Shown here: positions 25,111 through 37,546 of the stretch, piece by piece
How the letters are laid out: each line of letters begins with the position of its first letter
Position numbering within the stretch: position 1 is the first letter of the stretch
Source of the DNA: Octopus bimaculoides
Taxonomy: Eukaryota
Assembly (NCBI RefSeq): GCF_001194135.2
Contig: NC_068991.1
Location: forward strand, 71,968,065-72,032,064
Direction of reading: 5' to 3'
DNA length: 64,000 bases
Notes under the pieces: model-generated
What the model was told of the DNA's origin: nothing
The model's input: only the letters and a program-made list of their open reading frames with translations
Database searches by the model: none
Translations under genes and position numbers: made by a program

Positions 25111-25695
25111 ATCAAAAAGCAACATTGCTGTGAGTGCTTGGCCCCCACAAACCAGTTATCCCTGTAGTAACTTTTCTGACACCCAAATGGCACACATTCT
25201 AGCTATGCTAGTGGCTGCACCAGGCTCCATTTGTCTGCTTTGGTATGGTTTCTATGGCTGGATGCCCTTCCTAATGCCAACCCCTTTGCAGAGTGGAAGG
25301 ATAGCCTTGTATTCTTTCCAGTGTCCAGTCTGTAGATACCGGTAATGGTCACAGCAGATGTGAAAAAACATTCGAGCGAGGTTGTTGCCAGTGTCGCTGG
25401 ACTGGCTCCTGTGCAGGTGGCACGTAAAATACACCATTTTGAGCATGGCCATTCCCAGTACCGCCCGACTGGCCTTCGTGCCAGTGGCACATAAAAGTAC
25501 CCACTACACTCTTGGAGTGGTTGGCGTTAGGAAAGGCATCCAGCTGTAGAAACTCTGCCAGATCAGATTGGAGCCTGGTGTAGCCATCTGGTTCACCAGT
25601 CCTCAGTCAAATCGTCCAACCCATGCTAGCATGGAAGGTGGACGTTAAACGATGATGATGATGATGATGTCCTACATTTATTACAGGTATGTGGC

Positions 25696-25750
<55 letters not shown>

Positions 25751-25753
<3 letters not shown>

Positions 25754-26036
25754 GGTGCGATGGGTAAACTGTAACCATTTTATATTTCTAATTTCTAATT
25801 TCGTGCATTGTTTGTTTTTGATTTTTTTCGACTACACAGTATAGTAGGGTCAGTTGGACACTGTGAGAAAAACAGCACCATGACACAATTCACTCTGCCA
25901 GAAATTTGAAAACGGCATGCTATACTGCTTGTCATTCAAGCCAGAAGCTCCAGTATGAACATTTCAGAGTGTTTGGGTGTCAATCTGTGGACAGTGCAGA
26001 GGATTCAGAAAGAGTTGGATGAGTCTAATGGTTTGA
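25751..26036 (+). mobile_element. Tc1/mariner-superfamily 5' end (TIR + HTH)
   Basis: TA|CAGGGTG TIR after a (TA)n run; MTQFTLPEI*KRHAILL...ISECLGVNLWTVQRIQKELDESNG from 25880. Confidence 0.7.
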
Positions 26037-28599
26037 CCAGAGCTGGCTACATCCACTAGCATAGCTAGCTGGTGGAGTGGAGGGAGCAGTTCACCCCGGA
26101 TGGCACTTTTATGGGGGCAGCACCATTTTTGGGTCTGTTGTAGGCAACATGTATCTTTTCCAAGGAACCTTGTTAAATTTAAGTTAGTTTCTTTGAGGAT
26201 TCCAAGCTTTCGAAATGATCTGCCAAACAAATGTTGATATCAGCTCATGGACTCCCATCATTTAGTACTTTCTTTGTGAACCTTAGGGATACGGATCCCA
26301 GTTTGAGAACCAGTGGCTTCTGTTGCTGGACCAAAAGGCTGGTTAAGATGTTTGGGTTCCCCAGGTGCGAAAGGATGTAGGAAGATCTCATGGGTAGAGA
26401 AGTCAGTTTTAATTGAGAATAGGCTGAGACTATCAAGCTGAAAGGTCATGCAGAAGTGCCTAATACCTATATTTCGGTATCTGTCTGACTATCAAGCCTT
26501 GTCCCAGGAAATACCTGAATAGATATCTTTTCACTTCTTGTGGAAGAGATAGGTGACTCTTGTCAGGAGACTCGCCCACTCTGTGAGAGTCTTGGATGCC
26601 CAGTTGTTAACAACGCACAGGCATCTGCTGAAGCTGACACTCCAGGAAAGACAGTGGATGGGTGTATTTGCCTTTGATGAAGCATGTTTTACCATACGTC
26701 ATCTCTTGGATGTTGTATGGTAAGTGTCCAATGCTGACCAGGGTTGGGAATCTGGTATTTGGAATGTTACCAAGGACTCACTGCACTCAACCAATTGGGC
26801 AATGTGGTCAACGGTGTGTCAACCCATGTATTTTATGGAAGGTTTGTGGTGGCTATGAGGGAAGAAGAAGGTAGCAGAAGAAGAAGAAGAATCATCTTTA
26901 TCATACAAGTTTTTTTTTTTTTTTGGTTCCAAGTTTGACAACTGTGCTATTTGTAACTAAGAATTACGTCCCTTACACAATAGTAATTCTTAACTGGTAC
27001 AAAGTCACAAATTAAGGGCGGGTACGCTAGTTTATGTTAATTCAAGAGAGTAACTGGTATGTTTTTTTCTCCTGCAATGCAAAGTCAACCATGGCAAAAT
27101 CTGAACTCTGAAATTAAAGGGACTTAATTAAATAAATACACGGTAATTTGTCCTTACCTCCCCTGTGTATTCCCCAAACAGTCGAGGTATATTAGTTTCA
27201 AATTTTGGTACAAGGCCAGCATTTTCGAGAGAAGTGGGTAAGTCGATTGCATTAACCCCAGTGTTCAACTGGTAATTATTTCAAGTAGTTGTATGCTGTC
27301 AACTTAATGTGACAGTCCCCTGAAGGGAATAATACTACTGTTGGTTAGACCTGGGAAGCTGCACCGCTTCCTGTCGGCCTTGACACATTTCCTGTGTCCT
27401 TATGTTTACAAGGAGGAGGAGGAGGAGGAGCGGGCTAACCACCCTTCTCCAGAGAGTAACGGTAAAATAGAAAAGGCATTCATAAAAATATACAATAAGA
27501 TACACACACCCCCCACCCACACACACATATAGTACAATTAGCCAGGGAGAAAGTTTCTTTGTGGTTGTTCAATCTGCTAGAAATAGAACCAAGATCTTCC
27601 TCAAATCGCATCCTACCATCCTAAAACAGGACAGAATGAGTAATGCAGTTTTAAGTATGCACAATGAAAAAAAAAAACTTTAAAAAAGCGGATGATGATG
27701 GTGACAGAAATGACTCTGATCATGGTCAGTTCAACCAGTATTTGCCTAGGGCTAAACAACGACAACAACAACAACAACAACAACAAAAATGTGTGTGTGT
27801 GTAATTAGTAGGAAAGAGAACAAGACATATACACATACAGACATGCATACACAAATACGCGTGCGCGCACACACACGTGCACACACACACACACATACAC
27901 ACACGCGCACGCGCACGCACACACACGGACGTGCATACACGTGTGCACACATACACACACATGCATGCATGTACTCACACACGCACACACATGCATGCAA
28001 GCACATGCACACACACGCACTCACAGACACGCACATGCACACGTATATAACACACACACACACACACACACGCACATATATTCACACATGCACACACATG
28101 ATGCATGCACACACACGCACACACACAAACACGCATGTTCACACACACACACACACATGCACAGGCACACACATTGAGAGATACCAGGAACTAACTCCCC
28201 CCGCCCCTGCCCAATCCTTGAAATGAAACAAAAGCTGTGACCAGATCAATGAAGGGTCAATACCTGCATGCTTTAGAAATAAACACACGCATACACTTGC
28301 GCATACAGACTCACACACACACACACTTATACATACAAAGGCACAAACATCCGAAGGCACACACACACACGCACACACACACACACATACACACACACAT
28401 ACATATTTATGTCTTAAATGACAAAGGATTCTAACAAAAGTAGAAAAGCAAGCAAGAACAGCTGGGAAGATTCGAGATATTTTAACTGTTCTGATAACCA
28501 GTCGTTGTATTTGTGTATTGTTACTTAACCAGTTCCATTGTCACCATTGTCTCCCTAACCACATTCTCTCTCTCTCTGTACATGTATATATACATACAT

Positions 28600-28636
<37 letters not shown>

Positions 28637-28893
28637 NNNNNNNNNNNNNNNNNNNNNNNNNNNNNNNNNNNNNNNNNNNNNNNNNNNNNNNNNNNNNNNN
28701 NNNNNNNNNNNNNNNNNNNNNNNNNNNNNNNNNNNNNNNNNNNNNNNNNNNNNNNNNNNNNNNNNNNNNNNNNNNNNNNNNNNNNNNNNNNNNNNNNNNN
28801 NNNNNNNNNNNNNNNNNNNNNNNNNNNNNNNNNNNNNNNNNNNNNNNNNNNNNNNNNNNNNNNNNNNNNNNNNNNNNNNNNNNNNNNNNNNNN

Positions 28894-28941
<48 letters not shown>

Positions 28942-29204
28942 ACATACATACACACACACATATGTAGCGGGAGAGTATGTTAGTATATGTATGTATATGT
29001 ATACATCATCATCATCATCATCATCATAATCATCATCACGATTTAACATCTGCTTTCCATGCTGGCAAGGGTAAGATGGTTTGACTAGGGACCAACAAGC
29101 TGCAGGCCAGTGTTGAGTTACAATATGTGTGTGTATGTGTGTGTGAGAGCCGGTGCTTATACATGTATGTATGTATGTATGTATGTATGTATGTATGAAT
29201 GCAT

Positions 29205-29595
29205 GTATGCGTGGAGTGGAGTGAAAGTGTTTGAAGAGGCCAGGATGACACAGGCAAGACTCAGAGATTTAAAGAAGAATGTCACAATGACCTCTTTGTG
29301 TGCATAGTTTGTGACAGACCATGTCTTTCTTTTGCTGGGCTCAAAATCTCATTTGTGGACCCACGAAAAACAAACCTCCGCCAGTTATTCTGTGCACACC
29401 TTTCAATGCCATGTATGCCATAAGGTCTGCAAATCTAATGGAGGCCTCAAAAGATATATTAAGGTCCACAAGGATCAGAACTTAACTGCAGGTCTTGGTG
29501 GTCCAAATCAGAGGTGCAATCTATGTGGGTGTCTTTTCAATACATTGTCTGGTTTAAAAAGCCACATCAGACGCCATGATGGATCTACGGTGTAG
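29205..29595 (+). mobile_element. RTE-like LINE ORF2 C-terminus with two C2H2 fingers
   Basis: WSGVKVFEEARMTQARLR followed by CHVCHKVCKSNGGLKRYIKVH and CNLCGCLFNTLSGLKSHIRRH*; no ZNF linker. Confidence 0.6.
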
Positions 29596-29905
29596 GTGCA
29601 GGAGGTGGTCAGANNNNNNNNNNAAAGCCACATCAGACGCCATGATGGATCTACGGTGTAGGTGCAGGAGGTGGTCAGACTCTGCACAAGGAGTAGTAGA
29701 CAACCACCATGTATGTATGTATATCATCATCATTTTAATGCCTACTTCTCCTTGCTTGCATGGGTCGGACTACTTGCATGGCTTAGACTTCCCACATGAG
29801 TATAAGTGCATGTATAGTTGTGTGTGTGTTAGTGTGTGTGTTTGTGTGTGTGCTTGTATGTATGTATGTTAGTATGTGTGTGTGTGTGCCTGTATGTGTG
29901 TGTTA

Positions 29906-29945
<40 letters not shown>

Positions 29946-30436
29946 GTGTTTGTATGTGTGCATGTGTGTGTGTGTCTGTGTGTGTGCACATGTATGTGTG
30001 AATGTGTGTGTCTGTGTGCATGTGTGTTTGTATGTGTGTATGTGCGTGTGTGAGTGTTTCTGTGTGTGTTTGTGTGTGAGAGAGAGAGTGTTTGTGTTTG
30101 TGTGTGTGTTTATGTGTGTGTGTCTGTGTGTATGCACATGTATGTGTGCATGTGTGTGTGTGTGTGTGTGCATGTGTGTGTGCATGTATGTGTGCATGCA
30201 TGTGTGTGTGAGTGTGTCTGTGTCTGTGTGGCTGTGTGTGTCTGCGTATGAAACAATAAAAATCTGTTGATAATAAAACAAGCAACTTGTCGACAGAAAG
30301 TATTCAGTGCGTTGCTAATGTCGTGGGAAAAGGTGTCTTGTGGCATCTTGGCAACTGTTTTCTACTACAGCCTTGGGCCAGCCAACACCTTGTCAGCAGA
30401 TATGATAGACAGAAACTGAGAGAAACCTGAAATATA

Positions 30437-30467
<31 letters not shown>

Positions 30468-30483
30468 AAAAATAAATACATAA

Positions 30484-30536
<53 letters not shown>

Positions 30537-30728
30537 CATAGGCACCGGAGTGGCTGTGTGGTAAGTAGCTTGCTTACCAACCACGTGGTTCTGGGTTCAG
30601 TCCCATTGCGTGGCACCTTGAGCAAGTGTCTTCTACTATAGCCTCAGGCCGACCAAAGCCTAGATAGAAACTGAAAGAAGCCTGTCCTATATATGTGTGT
30701 GTGTGTATGTTTGTGTTTGCCTGTTATG

Positions 30729-30935
30729 TGGTGGGCTAATATCAAGGCTTGGGTAATCAGACAGTTTTTTATTGAATGGTTTCATGAAGTTTTTGCCCCG
30801 AGTGGTAAAAAATAATCTGCAAGAAAAATCTTGCCACTAAAATGCCTCCTCATGTTAGACAATGCTCCTGCCCACCCCTCCAAACTTGGGGGATGACTTA
30901 GTTGAAGGGTTCGATTTTATTCAGGTCAACTCCTC
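30729..30935 (+). mobile_element. Tigger/pogo DDE_1 transposase fragment
   Basis: WWANIKAWVIRQFFIEWFHEVFAPSGKK*...LKCLLMLDNAPAHP. Confidence 0.8.
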
Positions 30936-30956
30936 TAATATGATGATGATGATGAC

Positions 30957-31029
<73 letters not shown>

Positions 31030-32439
31030 ATGATGACGACGACGACGACGATGACGACGACAATGACGACGACGACGATGATGACGACAATGATGATGAT
31101 GATGATGATGATTACTACAACATCGATGACGACAACAATGATGATGATGATGATAACGACGGGGATGGTGATGATGAGAGTGATAACGACGACAGCAAGA
31201 ATGATGACCCAGGGAGAAAGGTGCCTGAATAAGTAGGCCTATGTGTATGTGGTGTCAGCGAATGTACACATTTTCTTAGACATAGGTTAAACTGCCACCA
31301 GAGCAGAGTTAGCACAGTTAGCTTATTAAATTATTATTCACAGATGAAACAGTATTGTTCTTTATCCAGGACAAAGATCCATTGAATTATTTATCAAAAG
31401 AAATCAGGACTCACTAAAACATTTCAATTGATGGACTTCAATCAAAAGTTCAACTGTTAAACTATTGAAGTATCATATTTCACAACCAATCTAGAGATAT
31501 TCTTTTTCTTAGCCTTTGAAGATTCTGAGAAAAGCAGAGAAGAATAACAGCTTTGCAGCTAGAGAAAATATATTGCATTTGTTTTTTTAATATAAAATAC
31601 ATATTTTCCTTTTTGGTTTATCAGAGAATTATTAAAAAGAAAAGAAAAACCTCCAAAAACGAAAACTGTAATTGTGTTTGAGTAGAGGATAAATCTTTCA
31701 ATCTGTCTTTGTTTTTTGGTAATATGATATTTGGTTTTGCAGAGAAGAGATCTGATTCAGAAAACTCAGTCAAATTTGATAATAAATCAAAAAAGCATTT
31801 CATCTTAGTTTCTGATATTAATCTCCCATAACAGTCTCTTTCGATGAAATTTGATAGTCTTATTTTGGCAAAGATTGTGTAGGAATAACCACAGTTCTCT
31901 TTTACATCCAAATGAAGATTCATTATGCTTGAAATCATACAATTTACAGTTGTCTGAATAATGCAACATCACAACTTAATTAATTTGGTCGGGCTCCCAC
32001 TTAGGCCTTGTCTTTTGATTTTTCATTACCTAATATTGATAGGGGTTGCATACACTCCATGCAGATTATGGTTTCTTGGTAACTGTCATATGTCCCCTTG
32101 TAGAAGTTTAGAAGACAACGATGCAGTGGATAATGTAGAGATCCATGATATAAGTTTGTTTGAAGCTTGCACCAGCTACATACCAGTTCCCACAGCATCA
32201 AGCCAGAAGAGGGTGATTGTTGGACAAAAAACAAAACCCATCATAGCAAATTAAAGATACTTGATTGTGCTTTTATTCTTTCACTGGTTTCAATCGTTGG
32301 ACTGTAGCTATGCTGCGGTTCTCGCCTGACTTAGAGGGGTTTGTTAGTTACATCAATCATGGTATTTATTTCACTGTGGTACTTGTTAAACTTCTAAGCC
32401 ATGAAAAACAAACTCACACACACACGTGCATGTGGGTAA

Positions 32440-33420
32440 TGAAAGGAAGAAAAATGAATGAATCAGGAGTACCTGAGTGGATGCAACATGTGACCAAACA
32501 ACACGAAGAAACAGAGGCTCCTGCAGTAGTGGTAGAAGAGGCAGAGAGGGAACACAGCATGTCTTTCAAGATAAGGCCAGAGTGTGTTGAAGAGCTGCTT
32601 TATACTAATCAGCCAGATAGTTTTTCATTTTTTGTGATATGATCTACAGTGTCAGCATTTTTATTACCATCCCTGACATGGTGAATCGATTTTTGTACAG
32701 AATCAGCAACTTCAGACGTGAGTATTTTCAGATTTTGAACAAGATGTAGAAGACCAGCGTCTGTGAGATAGTCTTCATCATACTGAGAATGTGAGATTGT
32801 CAGAACTTCTCAATGATGGTAAAACCTATAATAATTGCAGCAACTTTGAAGGTTCTTGTTGTTTGTTCATATTTGGGTGTTATATAATATAGTATTCATG
32901 TCTTCATAAGTGTAGCAATTGTACATTTATGCCATTGAAGGAGAAAAGACTGATTCCATTGGAGAATTCTTTTGAGGTTTCTATTTATAGAGGCAGTGCA
33001 TGGTTGAGCAAAGTGTCTTGGTGGCATGTGGCTGATATATATGTCAATGGTTAGGAAGGAATGAAGGGTGGCCTCATCTGTAAAGGAGTTTTTTCAAGAA
33101 GATCATTGATGTATAGGAGGAAGATGGTTGGGGATGTAACCCAACTTTGAGGCACACTGGAACTGATTAGTGTGTGGATCAGAGAGAGCTCCATCAACAC
33201 ATCCCATTACAGTGCCATCTGACAAAAAGCTTACCATCCAAGAGACAAGAGATGGATGGAATTCATAGGCAAGCATTTACCTAGTGGTCTACTGGTGTTT
33301 GAAAGGATTTAAGAAATCCAGTAGATCTGGAGAAAAGATTTAAGAAACCCAGTAGATCCGGATTTAGGGGTCATAAAGGAGGGAGATGGATTTAATTTGT
33401 TAGAGACTGTAGTTCTTAAT
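32440..33420 (-). mobile_element. CR1/L2/Jockey-group LINE RT fragment
   Basis: Minus strand WMVSFLSDG...VPQS.VTSPTIFLLYINDLL; downstream LILYK...; same family as 60820-61340. Confidence 0.7.
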
Positions 33421-34065
33421 GACCGTCTCTGACACCTTTGAGATGTTGGAGGTGGGAATGGTCAGTGTTGTCGCTGAGAGGGGAGCAAGAGGAGCAACTG
33501 TCGCCCCACCACCCAAGCAAATTGGTGCCTTTTTAGCAATGTTTTTTACCTCTTTACTTCACTTGTACAATAACAGTTGAATCTCTTGTTTTTTATTAGT
33601 CACATGGCCTTGGAAGAAGTTTCTGGAGTTTTTGAGCTGTCTGTTCAATCTCCTGTGATGTTCTGGTGGCCACTGATGTCTAAAGAACCAAAACAAACCC
33701 CAACGTAATAACCTCTTGACACTGGACGGTCCAGTGGTGTTTCATCTTTTTCACATCACACCTATATCAGTAGTTGTACGTTTCATAAATAATGACATTG
33801 ATAATGAACATGAAATTAATGAATGTGGAATACAATTATGCATATTATACCTAATGAAATATTTTGTGTAATATCAGAGAAATGAGTTAAAAATTGTTTG
33901 TTTTGTATCACAGCACCCTTTTCTTTTTTTGTGTGTGTTTGCTCCTCCTAACTTTAAAACCTTGCAACACTACTGGGAACGATGTCTCAATAGTTGGTGT
34001 AGCAGGTCAGACAGGTTGCTCTTCTTGTGAATGGTACACAATGTACTATTTCCAAAGTATCATTG

Positions 34066-34105
<40 letters not shown>

Positions 34106-34115
34106 NNNNNNNNNN

Positions 34116-34159
<44 letters not shown>

Positions 34160-35412
34160 AAGAGCTTGGCAGAGATAGAGGTTAACTCTGGGGTACATTG
34201 ATTTATTGTAAGGAAAGATGGCCTTGTTGGTTTCAGGTGACCAGAGGTGATTTTGCATTGCATTTGATGTGAATGTAAGTCTTCCATTCATTTTAACCTT
34301 TGAGGTAACCCTAAAAGAATTCTAAAACTAGGATATTAACGGAATCTTTGTTTGATAACTTAGTAGTCATTGTAGAATGTACAGTGTTTTAGAAAATGTT
34401 TCAAACAGAGGTGACTGGGCTTGAGAGAAAAAAAACCTTAAAGTTAAAAAGTCCAAAATTAATGTAGTTGCAGGAGTTACTTTATAGAAAATATAGCAAT
34501 GGTCTTGCTCAATAAGAGAAAGGATCTAGGTAACATAAATACTAGATATGTAATACTAGCAATCACTACACAAAAGAACTGCTGAGAGGGGGGGGGATTT
34601 TTTGATAGATTCACAAATTATCAAAATATCAGTTTAACAAATAGCATGAGTTTGCATGAAGTGAAGGTCAAGTATTCTTTGAATGATATTGGATGTTGAG
34701 TATAATTTCTGGGTGCAAGTTTTGTGAGTGATAGCATAGAGGTTAGGATTCGTGGAAGAATAATAAAGGAATTGCAATTTCTTGGAAAGAAAAGTGTTTC
34801 ATTCTCTCTTTGATAAGTGACTATATGAAGAACATACAAGAAGTATTATGCAAGTGGATAAGACCAAGCTGTTGTAGATTGCTGGTTGTGTAAATTTAAT
34901 TTATTTCAAAGAAGCATGAGTGAGTTGTGAAAGCAATTGAGCATCACAGGCATCAGTGGATGTATGTAAGATGGACAACTATGTGAGGATGGAATGATGC
35001 ATGTTCATGGGAAAAAAGTGAGCTGGTGATAATTTCACACATGTGGCAGAATTAGACCAAGGACTTAAGAGAGAAAAGCTAGACTTGACTCGAGAGCATT
35101 GGGTTTCACTGAGAAGATAAAATCAGATCGAGATGCAAAGAGAGACGTTGCATTATACACACTTCCAACCAATTCACCCTATGATAAAACAGACTTTAAA
35201 CCATTGACAACGTTACAAAATAGAAAGAACACGCTTCTTGAATTTTAATAACCACCTAAATTAAATTGCATAAAATTTTCATAGGAAAATGAATAATTCA
35301 TTTCAAAGAAACATACAATAAAATCTAAATGAATAATTTAAATTCAACGCCAAGGTGCAAAGAGGAAAAGGCACTCATAAATCGTTTAGATAAAATGTCG
35401 GTTCACATTTTA

Positions 35413-35451
35413 ACACGTCACCGGTAAAGCGTCGTGGCGCAATCTGATTGG
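35413..35451 (+). promoter_or_regulatory. ER stress response element (ERSE) plus UPRE-like site in the CRELD promoter
   Basis: CGTGG-cgcaatctg-ATTGG at 35433-35451 is the exact reverse complement of CCAAT-N9-CCACG. ACACGTCA at 35413-35420 (TGACGTGT on minus) is one mismatch from the UPRE. Confidence 0.8.
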
Positions 35452-35805
35452 CCATTTGATTCCAACCGGTCTACACTACACATGGACAAATGTCTATTTC
35501 TGAGGATTGTCATGTTGGCATCAACATTTAAGCTGCCTCCAAAACCAGGACAGCAACTAGATAAAAGCTTCCTGCTTCGATGTCATGTCTCTCATTCATA
35601 ACATTTCTTCCCAGAGGAAAAACAAATAGTAATCTTTAAACGCAGTAGTGATTAGTCTTGCATCCCACAATTTGTGTTCCAGGAACATTTTAGATTCCAT
35701 TCAAGAATCCCGTTCTGTTGCTAAGGAGAAAAAGAAAAGCTATATATTCACTGTTTACACATTGTTTATAAGAAAAGAAACATCGTTACTTTATATAAAT
35801 CAATT

Positions 35806-35952
35806 ATGTATTTTTGGAACAGTCTATCGAGCAAATATTTAGTTATTAATTTCGTCTTGCTTTTGGTTTCTGTGTATGCTTCCACCAAAGAGGAGGACCC
35901 GATGATAAAAAAATGTGAAGCTTGTCGTAAAATCGAAGAACGGTATCGAGAG
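35806..35952 (+). CDS. CRELD: CRELD exon 1 (signal peptide, CEAC)
   Basis: MYFWNSLSSKYLVINFVLLLVSVYA...KKCEACRKIEERYRE|gtgagt. Confidence 0.9.
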
Positions 35953-37500
35953 GTGAGTCAGTATTATTTCTATACATTTACACGTTCTGTTGAGAATCAG
36001 GAATTGTTATTGTTTTCATATAACAAAATAGCAGTCGTTGCCGTGAGAATTAACACTAACAGGTCTTACCACTTGTCGAGGGTTCCATTTCAACCATAGA
36101 CCTTGTTTCATCTTTCGGACCTTTAAAATGTCTTGCTAAAAACACTCGCCCCCAAATCCAGTTAACGGACCATTTTTTTGATAGCGATACTCCAGCATGG
36201 CCACAACCTAGGTTAAATCACAACTTAGTGATTTAAAACTGGTTGATGTTGAAATGTGTCGTATAAACATGATTTGTTGTGTGGAAGATTGTTTCGTTTG
36301 AAAATATTTTGTTCAGTTTCTGAGGTTTAGCTCCCGTCGGAGTTTCATTTACCTTTCGATATTCAGGAGATCGATAAAATAAGTACCAGCTATTATATCG
36401 TCTGGACTGACAAATTAGTGCAAAGTAAAAACGAATATCGATGAACGACTCGACCGTCAGTGTTGATAAAATAGGAATATAAGATTGATTGATTATCAGA
36501 CTGTATCGCTAAAAACGAAACTAAAAACATATTTTGCAGAGAATAATTCTTTTAAAGCTTATAAAAATGCTTAAATGAAACATATTTTCAACACATCCCT
36601 ATGACAGAAGAAAAAAGGTCTTGTTGTATTCGATATATTTTTCATTCATCGATCTTCAGAGCAGTTTAGGAATGATCATGTTCACTACATATGTGGCAAT
36701 TTCTCACGAATATGGACTGCAATATAAATATATATATATACAACACACACACACACACACACAAGTGTATCTGAACAGTAAATAGAAATGCACAACTTGT
36801 TAAAGAGTCTCTCCTTTAAAGCTTACATACAATTTACATGCTGTAAATTTTCTTTTGATAAAAACCAATTTGCTAATTTTGTTTACATTTCAATAATTCG
36901 TTAATCTGTTGTTTAACTTTGGGTAGTTTTGGAAAGAGGGATGAGCGAAACTGAATGAGTCGTTGAAGTCAGTTGGACTGGTCTGTTCGATTCTCATTCA
37001 AGCTACCGAAGGAAGAAAGAACAGCCCTGAGGATTATTAAAGTTTATCTAAAGACATGTCACTTTGTTATCATTCTATGTTGTTTGTTACCTTTTTACGA
37101 CTGTCCATTTGTATCGAATAATCTTTGGATTTTGTAATTCATTTTTACTTTTATTCAACACTTGTTGGCTTTTTTTCCCCACCTTTCATTTAATGTGTAT
37201 TTCCGTTGAATGGATATTTTGATTTTAAAGTTCTAGGGTCAAACCCTGCCTGAATCAACTTGAATTTCCCTAAGTCGGTAAGGTGACAAAGTGACGTGTC
37301 AAAATTAATAACATATATGCGTAATATCAGCCATTATATCATGGGATTATAAGTCTTTGCAAAAGAATCTTCAAAGTTGGTTCCATTGTAAGTAAACTTA
37401 GCTATTAATGAAAAACATTATAAAAATATCCTTCAATTAGAGTTCTATATAACTTATTTGTGAGAAGAAATAAGATTAAGAACTGTGGCATTATACATAC

Positions 37501-37546
<46 letters not shown>

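Larger units (their letters stand above)
27790..31205. repeat. Compound microsatellite field: (CA)n, (TA)n, (TG)n, (GAT/GAC)n
   Basis: Explains the many poly-HT/VC/YI/M ORFs. Similar tracts at 2617-2880, 20343-20442, 22580-22950, 23412-23512. Confidence 0.95.

Noticed and set aside
26040-26840. Possible L1/Tx1-like RT on minus strand
   Set aside because: Weak, frameshifted resemblance with no YADD motif; left unannotated.
27726-31236. Many ORFs of 70-160 aa (poly-HT, VC, YI, M/T)
   Set aside because: Translations of microsatellites or N runs.
33000-35400. ALG12 head-to-head with CRELD as in mammals
   Set aside because: No ALG12-like exons were found on the minus strand; the region is LINE fragments and microsatellites.
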